Below the pieces are notes generated by a model. The model had not been told where the DNA came from. It did no database searches and worked only from the letters and a program-made list of their open reading frames with translations. DNA of 63,691 nt, counting the filler, from Reclinomonas americana ATCC 50394 (Eukaryota), in assembly GCA_048213135.1 (NCBI GenBank). It is 7 parts of 5 records of this genome, joined end to end, with 100 filler letters (N's around TTAATTAATTAA, not from the genome) between each part and the next. Parts side by side here need not be neighbours in the genome. Positions count along the whole stretch, not along the records: positions 9,804 to 23,022 come from PS015531.1; positions 23,123 to 33,705 come from PS015531.1; 5 more parts are not named here. One strand, 5' to 3'. Shown piece by piece: positions 11,417 to 26,100 of the stretch (positions are counted from its first letter, which is position 1; each line of letters starts with the position of its first letter). The position numbers and the translations under genes were made by a program.

Positions 11417-13210
11417 TCATTCTTTCTTTTCCTGCTCGTCGTCACTGGTTGGCAGCTCTGCCATGGAGCCGTCACCAAAGCTCACGTGGCTCAGATGACG
11501 CATGTTCATCTGACTCTTTTCTCGCTGGTCTTGTTGATGCCGGTGGCGGCTGTCTTCGAGTCGCACGATCAGCTCGCGACCCATCTTGTCCCAGCCCACC
11601 AGATGCCGATGTCGCACGTACAGCTCCTCGATGCGTGCGCGCACCACATCGCGCAACTCCTCCACCTGCTTGGCCGTCGGCTCCGGCGTCTGCTTCACTT
11701 GGATCGGCTCGCCCACCACCATGCGCAGCGGGTAGCGGCGGGGGATGGGCAGGTACCAGCGACCAAACGGGAAGATGAGTGCTGTGCGCAGCATGCGCGA
11801 TATCGTCGTAATCCTGTGTCGGAGGGAGGAGGGTGAGGGCGGGGGAAAGAAAAGGCGAGGGAACGGGGAGGGGCGTGAGCGTACCAGCCGCGTCCGGAAC
11901 GGAAGCGGTCCAACGGCTGTGTGTTGCCAAAGTGATAGACCGGCACAATGTCGGCGCCGCACGAGAGAGCCATGCGCAAGTAGCCCTGCGAGGAGCGGTC
12001 AAGCTGTGTGTGGTGGTGGACGAGGATGGGCATAGCGTGCCACCAACCTGGTGGCCAAAGAACACCACCTCCTTGTCGGGCCTGCTCATCATCATCTCGG
12101 CCACACCACCGGGGATCACCTGTGTTCGCAGCAAGTGAGTGAGTCGGAACACGCGGCCCTCGTAAGTGCGCGTGCGTCACGCAACGGCGACATTGGAGCC
12201 GCGATTGAGGTACGAGACGGCGCACGACCACGTGGACTCGATCAGACCGAGCCACCGGTAGATCCACGAGACAATCGGCAAGCGCAGCACCACCGACGCC
12301 GCCAGTCCGACCACGGGCGAGAAGACATCAATCGACTGGTGCGTGGACGCCAGGAACTGCCCCATGGGAAAGACTGCACCACAAGTCGCGTGTGTCAGCT
12401 CAATAGCGCGTGCACGCTGCGTGTGGCACACGACGAATCCGCAGCGCAACTTCCATGCGGCATGTGCACGAGGAGGTATCTGGCATGCAGGTGGTAAGAG
12501 GAATCGAATTGGCACGCACAACAACTCACACGGAGAGAGACCTCTTCTGCGAATCCAGCGCAAAGCCCTCCGGCTGCAATGCACCACAAGTGAACAACAA
12601 CAACAACAACAAACAGGAATACTGGGGGAATAAATCATCGCGCGCCGCGCACTCCACACTCACCAGCACCACCTGGAAGTCAAAGTACTCGCGCCACAGC
12701 TGCCCACCCACATACGCACTCACTCGGCATCAGAGCACAGTGCACCAATCAACCATGAGCAAAGCAGGCGCACCTTCCACAACGACAGTCTCCGAAACGC
12801 CGGCCACGTTCGCATGGGGATCACCGAGGACACAACGATCAGAATCAGAAGCACCAGTGAGCTCCACACCACACCGTACTGCGGAGGCAGGCAGAGAGAG
12901 AGAAAGAGAGAGCAGAGTGAGTGAGTGTGCAAGAGAGTGATTGTCGTCTGATCGCCACTCACCGCGAAGGCGAGCCACGCGAAGAGCACCAGTGGGAGAA
13001 AGAAGGCAGCAGCCAGCATCAGCATAGTGACAATGGCCAGAGCCTCACTGCGAGAGAGCGCAAAGAGAGAATGAGTGTGAGTGAGTGAGTGAGTGAGTGA
13101 GAGTAACAGACAAGTCGCTGACTGCACGCTCACCGCCACCACGGCATCGACGGCATTGGTGGGCACATAGGCCACACATGCTTTCCATGCACACTCGGTT
13201 TGTTGTGCAT
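11417..13210 (-). CDS. Diacylglycerol/monoacylglycerol acyltransferase, DGAT2 family
   Basis: WREYFDF, HMPHGAVFP, VIPGGVAEM, GYLRMALSCGADIVPVYHFGN, VVGEPI motifs and N-terminal TM helices; multi-exon. Confidence 0.85.
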
Positions 13211-13280
13211 CGCTGTCTCTCTCTCTCTCGCGCAAAGAGAGAAAACGCTCGCGGACTGAAAATTGGGCAGAGAAAGAGAA

Positions 13281-15664
<2,384 letters not shown>

Positions 15665-15701
15665 AAGAAGTCTTGTCCTCCGTCCCAGTTCGCGACTCAA
15701 C

Positions 15702-16920
15702 ATGATTCTCAGAGCACTCGTCAGTCGCGCTCTCTTCAGCAGCAATCACAAGCTGGCGCTCGTCAACAAGTCCTTCCTCGTGCCCACACTACGCATCAGT
15801 TCGCGGGAAGATGGCCTCAGCGCACTCGACAAGGTCTCTCACAAGCTGTCTTCCACACACACACACACACACTGCATGATGCATGCTCATCACTTCTCAC
15901 TCGCACACGCAGATTCGTGCCACTGCTGCCTTCTATCGAGGCTCCCCCGTCGTCCTGTTGCGTGCACACACACACCCTTCTCCCCTGTCCTCTCTCCCTC
16001 TCTGACACACACGCATGTCAACAGCGACTATCGACCACCTGCCACACCACCGAGCGATGCAGATGCCACGACACCGGCCGGCACTGCAGAGATGAGTAGC
16101 AGTAGCGAGGAGGTGGCCGACTTTGTGCGCCACATTGCCGACACACTGCGTGGGGAGTGCGAGATGCTGCCGGTGGGAGTCACGCAGGCATCGCGCTACA
16201 GCAAGGCGATTGCGCAGGCCGCACGGTTGCCACTCGTGCGCGAAAACAGTCAGTCGGTGGTCGTTGTCAGTGGCAGCGACCAGCCAGCTGCAGCGCTGTC
16301 CTCTCAGCCCGCCACGCCTCAGCCTCCGCCTCCACCACCGGCACAGGTGCAAGCTGCACCGTTGGAGGCGCTGGTGTGGTCGCAGCCGGTGCGTGGCGGG
16401 CAGGAGGTGTATGCCAAGGACCGCAGCCTGGTGGTCATTGGCCACGTGCATGCGTACGGCGAAGTGCGGGCCGACGGCGACATTCACGTGTACGGCGTGC
16501 TGGAGGGCCAGGCGCACGCGGGGTACGTCGAATCGCCGCCGTTGCCGCCCCGTGTCAGTTCCCTCATACCTGTGTGTGCGCGCGTGTGTGTGTCATAGTC
16601 TGCGCGGCAATCTGAACTGCCGCATCTACGCGGCTGCCTTCAATCCGGAGCTGGTGAGCATCGCCGGCTACTACACCAGCATTGAACCGGAAAAGACGAC
16701 TGCATCGACAACAACGACAACGACGACGAATAATGCAGAGAATGCAGCTGACAGCGACGCTGCAGCAGTGGAGCACGAGGGAGACGGCACGCAGATCGCC
16801 AACAGCGATCTGGTCATGCTACGCTCGTCGCTGCGCAACCGGCCCGTCATGGTGTCGCTAAAGCCCGGTCCGCAAGAGACCGATCACCAGCTCGTGTTCC
16901 ACAGAATGGGCGCTCGGTGA
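15702..16920 (+). CDS. minC: Septum site-determining protein MinC, nucleus-encoded, putatively mitochondrial
   Basis: Exons 15702-15833, 15913-15956, 16025-16522, 16599-16920 (331 aa). N-domain AFYRGSPVVLD...MLPVGV; C-domain QPVRGGQEVYAKDRSLVVIGHV..GEVRADGDIHVYGVLEGQAHAG...IYAAAFNPELVSIAGYY; Arg/Ser-rich acid-free N-terminus. Confidence 0.92.
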
Positions 16921-17097
16921 CCAGAAGAGCAGCGAAGCTAGCAGTAAAGAGGAGGACGAGAATGACTTGGGAAGGCAGGCACCCTTCGATTGATCGATAT
17001 TGCAAAATACCGGAGGAAAATCGTTTTTGCGGTTTTTATTTCATTGGTGACGGAGAGAGGAAAAATCTGAACAGCACGCGCCTCACACACACACACC

Positions 17098-17358
17098 ATG
17101 TGGTTTGGCGGTCTCGAGATCGCCTGTGTGGTGCTGGTGAGTGCGGCTGTGGTGCTGGTCATCGGCATCAAAGTCGGCTCGATGTGGAGAAGAAGACGAG
17201 AGGAGCGAGAACTGGCCGAGACGGCGGCCATCACAGAGGAAGCCGTGCACATTGTAAACATGGCAGTGTCGTCGGCACCTGTGCAGTCGCCCAAGCTATC
17301 GCTGTCGGACGCGTCACTACAACTACAAAAGTTGCGACAGACACTTGTCTTTTCGTGA
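17098..17358 (+). CDS. Small single-pass membrane protein, 86 aa (hypothetical)
   Basis: ATG-initiated intronless ORF with an N-terminal hydrophobic helix followed by an RRRR stop-transfer. Confidence 0.45.
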   Translation: MWFGGLEIACVVLVSAAVVLVIGIKVGSMWRRRREERELAETAAITEEAVHIVNMAVSSAPVQSPKLSLSDASLQLQKLRQTLVFS

Positions 17359-17746
17359 TCGTGTTTGCGTGGAAGGAGACGCTCAATCCATCGATCACGG
17401 GGGGGAGAGNNNNNNNNNNNNNNNNNNNNNNNNNNNNNNNNNNNNNNNNNNNNNNNNNNNNNNNNNNNNNNNNNNNNNNNNNNNNNNNNNNNNNNNNNNN
17501 NNNNNNNNNNNNNNNNNNNNNNNNNNNNNNNNNNNNNNNNNNNNNNNNNNNNNNNNNNNNNNNNNNNNNNNNNNNNNNNNNNNNNNNNNNNNNNNNNNNN
17601 NNNNNNNNNNNNNNNNNNNNNNNNNNNNNNNNNNNNNNNNNNNNNNNNNNNNNNNNNNNNNNNNNNNNNNNNNNNNNNNNNNNNNNNNNNNNNNNNNNNN
17701 NNNNNNNNNNNNNNNNNNNNNNNNNNNNNNNNNNNNNNNNNNNNNN

Positions 17747-19382
17747 TCGACAGGGCATTCACTGACAGGAACGAGGAGGCGCCGGTCGATGAGACCGCAT
17801 CGTCTTCGTCGGCCACGTCCGAGTGCGTCTCACCGGCAAATGCAATTCGACAGCAGGTGGTTTTGTCGGCGCGCTTCCACAGTTTGCCGGGTCTCGATCA
17901 GCAGCTACACCACGCTGCCGCACCGGCAGTTAGCACAACACCACGAGCAGCAGCAGCGGGTGCGGCGGCGGCGGCCATGGCGATGAACAGCAGCTGCAGC
18001 AGCATCAATGTGAACACCGCAGCTGCAAGCGAGTCCGCTTCGCGATCGACCACGGTCAGCAGCTCCGCAGCTTCGACCGATGTCACTCCGGCCACCGTCG
18101 ACGAAGAGGGCGGCGAGGACGAACGGTCGACCGTGGTATCGTGGGTCACGGAGAACAATGCCGGCATGTGGGAAGTACAGCCGGCCTCGGTGCTGGTGCG
18201 TGGTGCAACAATCGCACATTACTACTTGTCAGTCGCAGCGCTGTGTATCTCACTCTGCCTGGTTCATGTACACAGATGATCTCGCAGACGCAGAGTGCAC
18301 TGCGCCAGCAACAAGTGCAGGGAGGCAAGGAGGAGGAATGCGAGGAGGAGAATGTGGGCATCGTGATCCCGCCACTGCTCTTCCCGATGCCGTCGGCCAG
18401 CAAGCGCGGTCAGCGCGGTGCCACACGCGTCGCGTCGCATAAGCGGACCGACTCCCACTCCAAGGCTCCACAACAGGCGCTCCCGCCACTGCCCACCCGC
18501 CAGAATACGCCCGACACAGACGACAAAGTGAGGGGAGTGGCTCGCGAGATCGCCCGCGGCTTCGCAGACCAGCCGCGAGTAACGTGGTGGCGCAAGGAGA
18601 CCGGAAACATGACGCCCTCGTTGCCGCCGGCAGCTACACCGCCCACAGTGCCGGCAAAGGCGCACTCACAGTGGATGTCGACCGCCATGTCGGCGCCAGT
18701 GTCCACTGCCGTGACGCCGCGTCGTGATCGCACGCATATCAATATGGCCTTGCGTGCGGCCGCTGCACCGCGGCTCGTGGACTGCGATTTCGACAACGAC
18801 GATGCACTGCTGTTTGACGACAGCGACAGCTACTCGGAGGCCATGACGGAGCCACCAGCGGCCTCCCTGTGCAGCACGCCGATTCCGCGCCTGGCCGACA
18901 CTGCCATGTCACGACAGCTGTCGTTCAAGATGCGTCCGTGGATACGTAGCGGTGAGACAGGAGAGTCCTCGCAGCAGGCGGCGCCGCCGACGGAGCCCGA
19001 CAGTTCGCGATCGCAGCGCACACAACCGACCACACCGACTCGTGCCTCTGCAGCGGCCGCAATGCAGCTGCTGCGTCGCAACAGCCTGATTCTGCTGCCG
19101 GACGGCGAGGTCCGCATGGTGAGCTCGCCGCGCTACCCACCACCACTGCCATCGTCGCGATCGACGACAGCAGCAGCAGCAGCAGCAGTTCCGGCGTCGC
19201 CGTCGGCACCGCTGACTCCGAAGCAGCCGCAACTCCCGCCGCTGTCCATTCCCAAGTCCCCACCGGCCACCATCGGTCCTCTCCCCGCTCTTGTGTCGCC
19301 GCTCTCGTCGCCACTGCAAAGACACCACAGTTCTGTGGTCTTGTCGCCGACACGTCGTGCGGCTGTCGGCACTCGGTTGTAG
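17747..19382 (+). CDS. Low-complexity S/P/A/T-rich hypothetical protein (5' partial)
   Basis: Two long coding-like frames joined by a likely intron near 18190-18275; stop at 19380-19382; no recognisable domain. Confidence 0.5.
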
Positions 19383-19475
19383 TAATCTCTTTTTAGTTGG
19401 TTTTTTCTCTTGTTTTGTTCCTGTTTAAGTTACGCTTTGACTATACTTCGTCGCTCCCTTTGTTTACTAGTGATA

Positions 19476-20371
19476 ATGATGATGATGAAGGCGCAGAGTC
19501 GTTTGTTAGTCGTCCTCATGTCCTTCTTCAATCATATCAAGTCGGTTTCTGATCTCTACTCATGCAAGTCGACGACGACGTATCGCTTCCACCACCACCA
19601 CCTGCACCAGTGTCGCGATCATCATCCTCGCAGTCACGGCCGCCTCAAATGGCGGCGGCGGCGGCATGTGAGGATCCGATCAAAGTGCCTGTGTATGGTT
19701 TGTGACCACAAAGTGCCTCTGCCTTGCTCCAGCCTCTCCTCTCCTCTCCTCTTCGCAGCACACTCACACATTGCTGTGGTGTGGCAGTGGAGATCTGCTT
19801 GCTGTCAACATCGACCGCCAAACGAAGTGCCGTCTTTCAACACGCAGAGGAGCTCTTGTCGCACTCGCATCCAGTGTTCACCGAGGGCGATGAGGTGTTG
19901 TTGTCTTGCGTGCACCTGTGCCTTCTGTGCGTGTGCGTGACGATGGATGTGATGATCGCAGATTGATTTCTCTGAGGACGCATTCTTGGCGAGACATGTG
20001 GAGCGCTTTCGGGTGGCCAGTGTCGGTGCCGACGGTGGCAGTGCCGAGAGTGCCGGTGTCCCTGCGGTGTACAACTGGCAGGCGGAGCTGCACATCAGTG
20101 TGTACCAGTTGAATGAGGAGGTGAGGCGCTGCGAGTTGTCTCTGTGGCTTTCCCGCGTTCTCGCTTGGCCAACCCCCGTGTGTCAAAGGGATGTGGGGAG
20201 GAGGCGGCTGACGATGAGGGTGCCGCGGAGGAGATTGCCGCGTGTTCGCACTGGACGCTGCCGGCAAGAGAGTTTGATGGCCTGTGGGATAGGTGTGTGT
20301 GAGTGTGTGTGTGTGGATCGATCATGTGAGTGCTCGTTGACTGAGGAATTCGTGTGCGCAGTCTGTACTTC
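19476..20371 (+). CDS. PCH2: Pachytene checkpoint protein 2 / TRIP13, N-terminal part (AAA+ domain lost at gap)
   Basis: Spliced product VPVYVEICLLSTSTAK...LHISVYQLNEEG...EEIAACSHWTLPAREFDGLWDSLYF matches the TRIP13/Pch2 'HWxLPxxEFxGLWDSL' region; start uncertain. Confidence 0.85.
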
Positions 20372-20391
20372 NNNNNNNNNNNNNNNNNNNN

Positions 20392-21455
20392 AAGCGAGTC
20401 ACGGTTATGCGCAAATGTGTAGTGTGGCACATTCCTCCGCCGTGCAGCGAAAAAGGCAAAAGTGGTGCGCGAGCCCAGCAGCACATCGGCCTCGCCCAGC
20501 ATCGCCCAGTCGAGCATGACGCGAGACAGCTTCTCATCGGCTGGACTGGGCAGGTTGGAGTTGTAGAACTTGCGCGTCTCGGCCTCCGGCGACGTCAAAA
20601 AGGCGCCAGAGACCAACGGCGACAGAGCGGTGCGGGCGTGTTTGAACTCGTCGGCGTCGTCGCTGGTGTAAAAGAGGCGGCACTCGATGCCCGCACACCA
20701 CTCGCGCACGCGATCGACAATACACTGTCGCTGGCTGGCGAGGAATTCGCCGTGTACGCGAGCGCTGCGCCCACCACCTGCAATGGTGTAGAGTCGATGA
20801 GTCAGTCGGCAGGCAAGCCAACAGAGACAACTGTGAGCGTACATAACAATCGATGCAGATGCGTTGCTGCACGGCAACGAGACGCCGACCACGCGCCGGC
20901 ACAAACCCAATGTCTTCCTGGAGGGCACGCAGCCGCCGCTCAAAGTCGGCGGCCAGACGACCGGTGACAAAGTGGGCGACCTCGGTGCTCAGCTGATACT
21001 TGTTCACCCGCACGCCGAGGTCGAGCAAGCGCGCCGAGTACACATCGGAGTCGAAGATGCCCTGCAGGAGGTCGGCGGCACCGAGTACGCGCAGCACCCG
21101 TCGATTGCCCAACTGCTGCTCCACGGAGCCCGCACGCACCGCAGCGACAAAGTCATCGCTCTCCGTCATGTGCACGCGCACCGTCTCGGTACGATTCAGC
21201 GGCGGCGGCATCAGATCGTGCTGCATGAACGGATGCACCGGTGGCACAAAGTACGCCGGAAACCACTGCAGATCCAGCAGGAAGACACGATCGGTGAGCA
21301 CCGCCAGCACCAGCAGTCCAGTGATCGCTCGCAGCTTGTTTCCGAGGCCACCCTCGATCGGTTCTGCACATCACACCTCGTGTCATGCATACACGGGCGA
21401 CATTCAAAAAAGCAAAGACAGCGACGTGCCTGCCACCAGAAAGCGCTGCTCCTCG
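20392..21455 (-). CDS. Fucosyltransferase-like GT-B glycosyltransferase (GT23/GT37/NodZ-like), partial
   Basis: GGLGNKLRAITGLLVLAVLTDRVFLL; LFYTSDD; VMLDWAMLGEADVLLGSRTTFAFFAA correspond to fucosyltransferase motifs; bounded by gaps. Confidence 0.7.
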
Positions 21456-22109
21456 NNNNNNNNNNNNNNNNNNNNNNNNNNNNNNNNNNNNNNNNNNNNN
21501 NNNNNNNNNNNNNNNNNNNNNNNNNNNNNNNNNNNNNNNNNNNNNNNNNNNNNNNNNNNNNNNNNNNNNNNNNNNNNNNNNNNNNNNNNNNNNNNNNNNN
21601 NNNNNNNNNNNNNNNNNNNNNNNNNNNNNNNNNNNNNNNNNNNNNNNNNNNNNNNNNNNNNNNNNNNNNNNNNNNNNNNNNNNNNNNNNNNNNNNNNNNN
21701 NNNNNNNNNNNNNNNNNNNNNNNNNNNNNNNNNNNNNNNNNNNNNNNNNNNNNNNNNNNNNNNNNNNNNNNNNNNNNNNNNNNNNNNNNNNNNNNNNNNN
21801 NNNNNNNNNNNNNNNNNNNNNNNNNNNNNNNNNNNNNNNNNNNNNNNNNNNNNNNNNNNNNNNNNNNNNNNNNNNNNNNNNNNNNNNNNNNNNNNNNNNN
21901 NNNNNNNNNNNNNNNNNNNNNNNNNNNNNNNNNNNNNNNNNNNNNNNNNNNNNNNNNNNNNNNNNNNNNNNNNNNNNNNNNNNNNNNNNNNNNNNNNNNN
22001 NNNNNNNNNNNNNNNNNNNNNNNNNNNNNNNNNNNNNNNNNNNNNNNNNNNNNNNNNNNNNNNNNNNNNNNNNNNNNNNNNNNNNNNNNNNNNNNNNNNN
22101 NNNNNNNNN

Positions 22110-23022
22110 CTGGCGAGAAGCGCGCGCGTGTGTATCTGTTTCCTTTTAATAGCTGTGCATCTGAAAGTTTATTATGAACACCGCAGTGGACGGTGGCTCG
22201 CTTCGTGGAGGAGTTGCATCGACGAGGCAACGCGGGTGCACGACCGCAGATGTTCGAACTGGCCTTTGCTTTGGCACTGCGCTGCTGCTACAACTGGGTG
22301 TACGCGCGAACTTTGGCTGGCGGCTACCGCCGTGTGGACAAACTGACGCAGTCGGAGGCATTCGTGGCCTCTGCATTCTCGTCATCCATGATTCGGTGCG
22401 GTGTTGTTGCTGCATGTGTGTGTGTTTCATCTGTCGCTTTTGCGCTGAAACGAGTGGATTTGCGTGCGCAGTACCAAGGGTCGCGATGCCATGGACGGCA
22501 TGGTGGTGGAGCTGGACGAGATGCACACCATCCTGAAGCGCGCCGGTGTCGGCCACGTCATTCGCGAGCAGGTTGTGGCGCAACTCATTGAGCATCTGGC
22601 TCGCCGAGTGGTGAACCTGGTGCTGGCCGACAAGACGCGAATGCAGTCGCAGACGTCGCTGCAGCTGAAGATGGGCGTGTCCAAGATCAGCGGCTGGCTG
22701 GCCTCGTCGCACGTCAACATGACGTCACTGCGCGACTCACTACAGGCGTTGGAGACCACGGCCGACGTGCTGCTCATTGCCAAGGAGCACTTGCTCGATC
22801 GGGAAACGCGGCGTGAGGTGCTGTCCACCGGACCGCTGCGTGAGTCGCACCTGATTCACCTGTTGTTGCACTACTCGGGCGATGAGTTGCGTACGAAGCG
22901 ACAGCAATTGGCCCTGTGGCACCGCCAGAAACTGACTTGCGCGCGCGCGTGCAGGTCGGAGAGTGTCGACGAGGTGCGTGAAATCGGACGCAAGATCCTC
23001 CAGCAGTGCCAGGCGGACGCGG
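22110..23022 (+). CDS. Dilute (DIL)-domain protein fragment
   Basis: QVVAQLIEHL..VVNLVL...SLQLKMGVSKISGW...LQALETTADVLLIAKEHLLDRETRREV...LIHLLLHYSGDE fits the DIL pattern. Confidence 0.6.
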
Positions 23023-23122
23023 NNNNNNNNNNNNNNNNNNNNNNNNNNNNNNNNNNNNNNNNNNNNTTAATTAATTAANNNNNNNNNNNNNNNNNNNNNN
23101 NNNNNNNNNNNNNNNNNNNNNN

Positions 23123-26100
23123 CGGAGCTCGCCGGTGGTGAGACGGCGGCGGCCGCAGCAGTAGCAGCAGTAGCAGCTGCAGAGGCTGGTGGTGGCGAGC
23201 TGATGCCAGTGGCCTCGCTGTCGGTTTCGTCAGCCGGCCAGTCAGAAGACCATTCGTCTTCCTCCACCGAGCCCGCATGGCTTACCGGCGACTGCGCACT
23301 CTGCGGTGGCTCGCCAGCCGGTGGGGCTGAAGATGATGCAGCGGGGGCGGCTGCCGGTGCAATGGTGACGACCTTGATGGTCGCCAGCTCACTGCGCGCG
23401 GTCTTGAGTGAGGCCTCCAGGTCGGCCACTTGTCGTTGATGAGCAGCCTCGGCGGCCTCATGCGCGGCTGTAGTCGTGGCCAACCGCGTCTCCAACGCAG
23501 CCACTTGCTTGTGCAACTCGTCCACCTCGGCCTTGTGGGCCTTGCCAGCGGCCGCCAGCTGCGCCTCCAACTCGCGAGATGCATTCGACTCCGCCTCATC
23601 GCGCTCCTTATCCATCTCCGCCACCGTCTTCTCCAGCTGCGCCAGCTGTGCGTGCAGCGAGGCCACGTCGGCCTCGTCAGTCTGCTTCGTTGACGCCAAT
23701 TGCCTCTCCAGTGCCGTCACCTGCTCGTGCAGCGTCGCCGCCTCCTTCTCCGCCTCCTGCTTCGCCAAGGCCAGCTGCTTCTCCAACGCGACCAGCTGAG
23801 CGCGCAACGCCGCCACCTCCGCTTGGTGGGCCTCCCTGGAGGCCGTCAACTGCATCTCCAGCTCGGCAGAGGCATTCTCTTCTACCTCCTCGACTTCGGC
23901 GGCCTCCTCCGCCACTCGCTTCTCCAGCGCCACCACTTGAGCACGCAGTGACGCCAACTCGGCCTCGTCCGACTCCTTTGTGGAAGCCAGACGCGCCTCC
24001 AGCGTGGCAATCTGCGCACGCAGGGCGCTCAGCTCCGCCTTGTCGGCATCGCGAGCCTCTGCCAAGTCTGCCGCCTCGTCCTCCGCCGTCTGCGCAGCGT
24101 CCTCCAACTCTTGCACCTTCGATTCGAGTTTGCTCTCTGCGGCACGAGCGGCCGCCAACTCCGCCTGCAGCGACTCCAGCTGGGCATGAAGCTCCGTCTC
24201 GGCCGCACTCCGCTCAGCATCCGCCTCGTCTTCGTCCTCCAGAGCCGCCGCCAGCGACACTTCCAGCGACTGCACCTTGGCCTGCAACTGCGCTGCCGAT
24301 GTTTCAGCAGCGTGCGCCGCGGCCTTGGCCACACCCAGATCGGCCTCGGCCTTCGCCGCACGCTCCTGTGCGGCAGCATACTGCGTGCGCACAGTGGCCA
24401 GCTCGCTCTCCGCGGTCTCCTGCGCAGCAACCGCACTATCGGCCGCCTCGCGCGCCGCCTCCAGTTGCGCCTCCAGCGTCCGCACAGTGTTCTCAAACTC
24501 GACCTGCCTTTCGCGCGCCGCATCCAGCTCGGCCGCCTCGGTGGCTCGCACTGCCGCCTTCTCCGCATTGCTCGACGCTAACCGGGCCTCCAGCGTGCGG
24601 ATCGTGGCATCGCGCTCGTCAAGGTCGCGCGACATCTCCCCGAGCAGCACATCCTTGGCGTTCTTCGACACCATCGAGTCGGCCAACTTCATCTCCAGCG
24701 AGCGCACAGTGGCCTCCAAGTCGGTGTGCTTCGGATCACTGTTGCGCTTGGTGGGCGTGGCTGCCGCTGTCGTGGCTGCCACCACCTGCGACTCGAGAGA
24801 GCGCACCAGTGTCTCCAGCTTCTCCCGCGCATGAATCGCCTGCTCGGCCTTGGTGGCGTTCGTCGTGACCTCCAGTTCGCGCTCCGACAACTTGGCCTGC
24901 AGCTCGGAAATGTGATGCCGGGACTCGGCGGCCGCTGCCGCTGCCGTCGAGTGTGCCGACGCCAACTGCCGCTCCATCTGCTCGCGCTCGTGGGCCAGCG
25001 CCTTGGACTGCGCCTCCAGTGAGTGAATCTTGGCGACCAGTTCGTCGTGCGCATGTGTCGCCGCCTGGATCTTGCTCTCAGCATCCGCCAGCGCCGCGTC
25101 TCGCTGTGCAAGTTGCTGCTTCTGTGCGTCCATTACGGCCCGCAACTCCACCACCTCCGCCTCGTCGACCGTCGACGAAGGCTTGTCAGCTGCTGCCGAT
25201 GCTGCTGCTGTTGCCTCCGCTGCCGCTGCCTCCGCTGCAGTGGTTGCGGCCGTGGCCGCCGCCAGCTGCGTCTCCAATGCACGAACAGACTCCTCCAGCG
25301 AGTGGCGCGCCTCGTCGGCTTGCCGGGCGCTGAGTGCGGCGGCCTCCTCCTGGCTAGCCACCTGACTGCGCAGCGACGCAATGGTGGCGTCGAGCTGCGC
25401 ACGCGCCTCATCATGCTCGGCAATCGCCTGTTGCAGCGAGCGCACCGTGTTCTCCAGCTCGGTGTGCTTTCGCAACACCTCCTCGTGCTCAGCAGAGGGC
25501 ACGGACGGCGGCGCAGCGGCTCGCTCCAGCGCATGCGCCGAGATCTGCGCCTCCAGCGACCTCACGGTGGCCTCCAGCTCTTCTTGCTTGCGCATCATGT
25601 CCTCTTCGGTGTCCTTGTGTCGCTGTTCAAGGGTCATAAACTCCTCTTCCAAGTCCCCATACTGCTCCTCAAGCTGCGCGTACTGTCGCTCCAGAATCGT
25701 ATGTGTCTGTCTCAATGTCGCCAGCTCTGCCTCTGCTGCGCCACCCTGAGGAACCGGACAGCAAAGAAAACGGAGACGGCCAGAAAGGGACATGCACAGA
25801 CAGACAGGAGGAGATACACCGAGTCAATACAAGTGAATACAGACACACACACACACGAGACAGGAAAACTACACACACCACTGGGTTGCTCTTGAGAGTC
25901 TCGATCTCCTGCTGGAGTTGAACGAGCTTCTCTTCATACTCAGCATCCAATTCCTACACGCACAAACGCACAACACATGAGAAGACAGTCACGGCAGATG
26001 TGTGCACACAGAAACAGCAAAACAGGAGGAGGTACCTCAATCATCACCCGATTCACCCCGCCACCCAGACGCTCAGCCACGCTATTCTCCCATTCTCCCA

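Noticed and set aside
23579..25895. Long plus-strand ORFs opposite the coiled-coil exon (and similar antisense ORFs elsewhere)
   Set aside because: Shadow ORFs expected from GC-rich, Ala/Glu/Leu-biased coding sequence.
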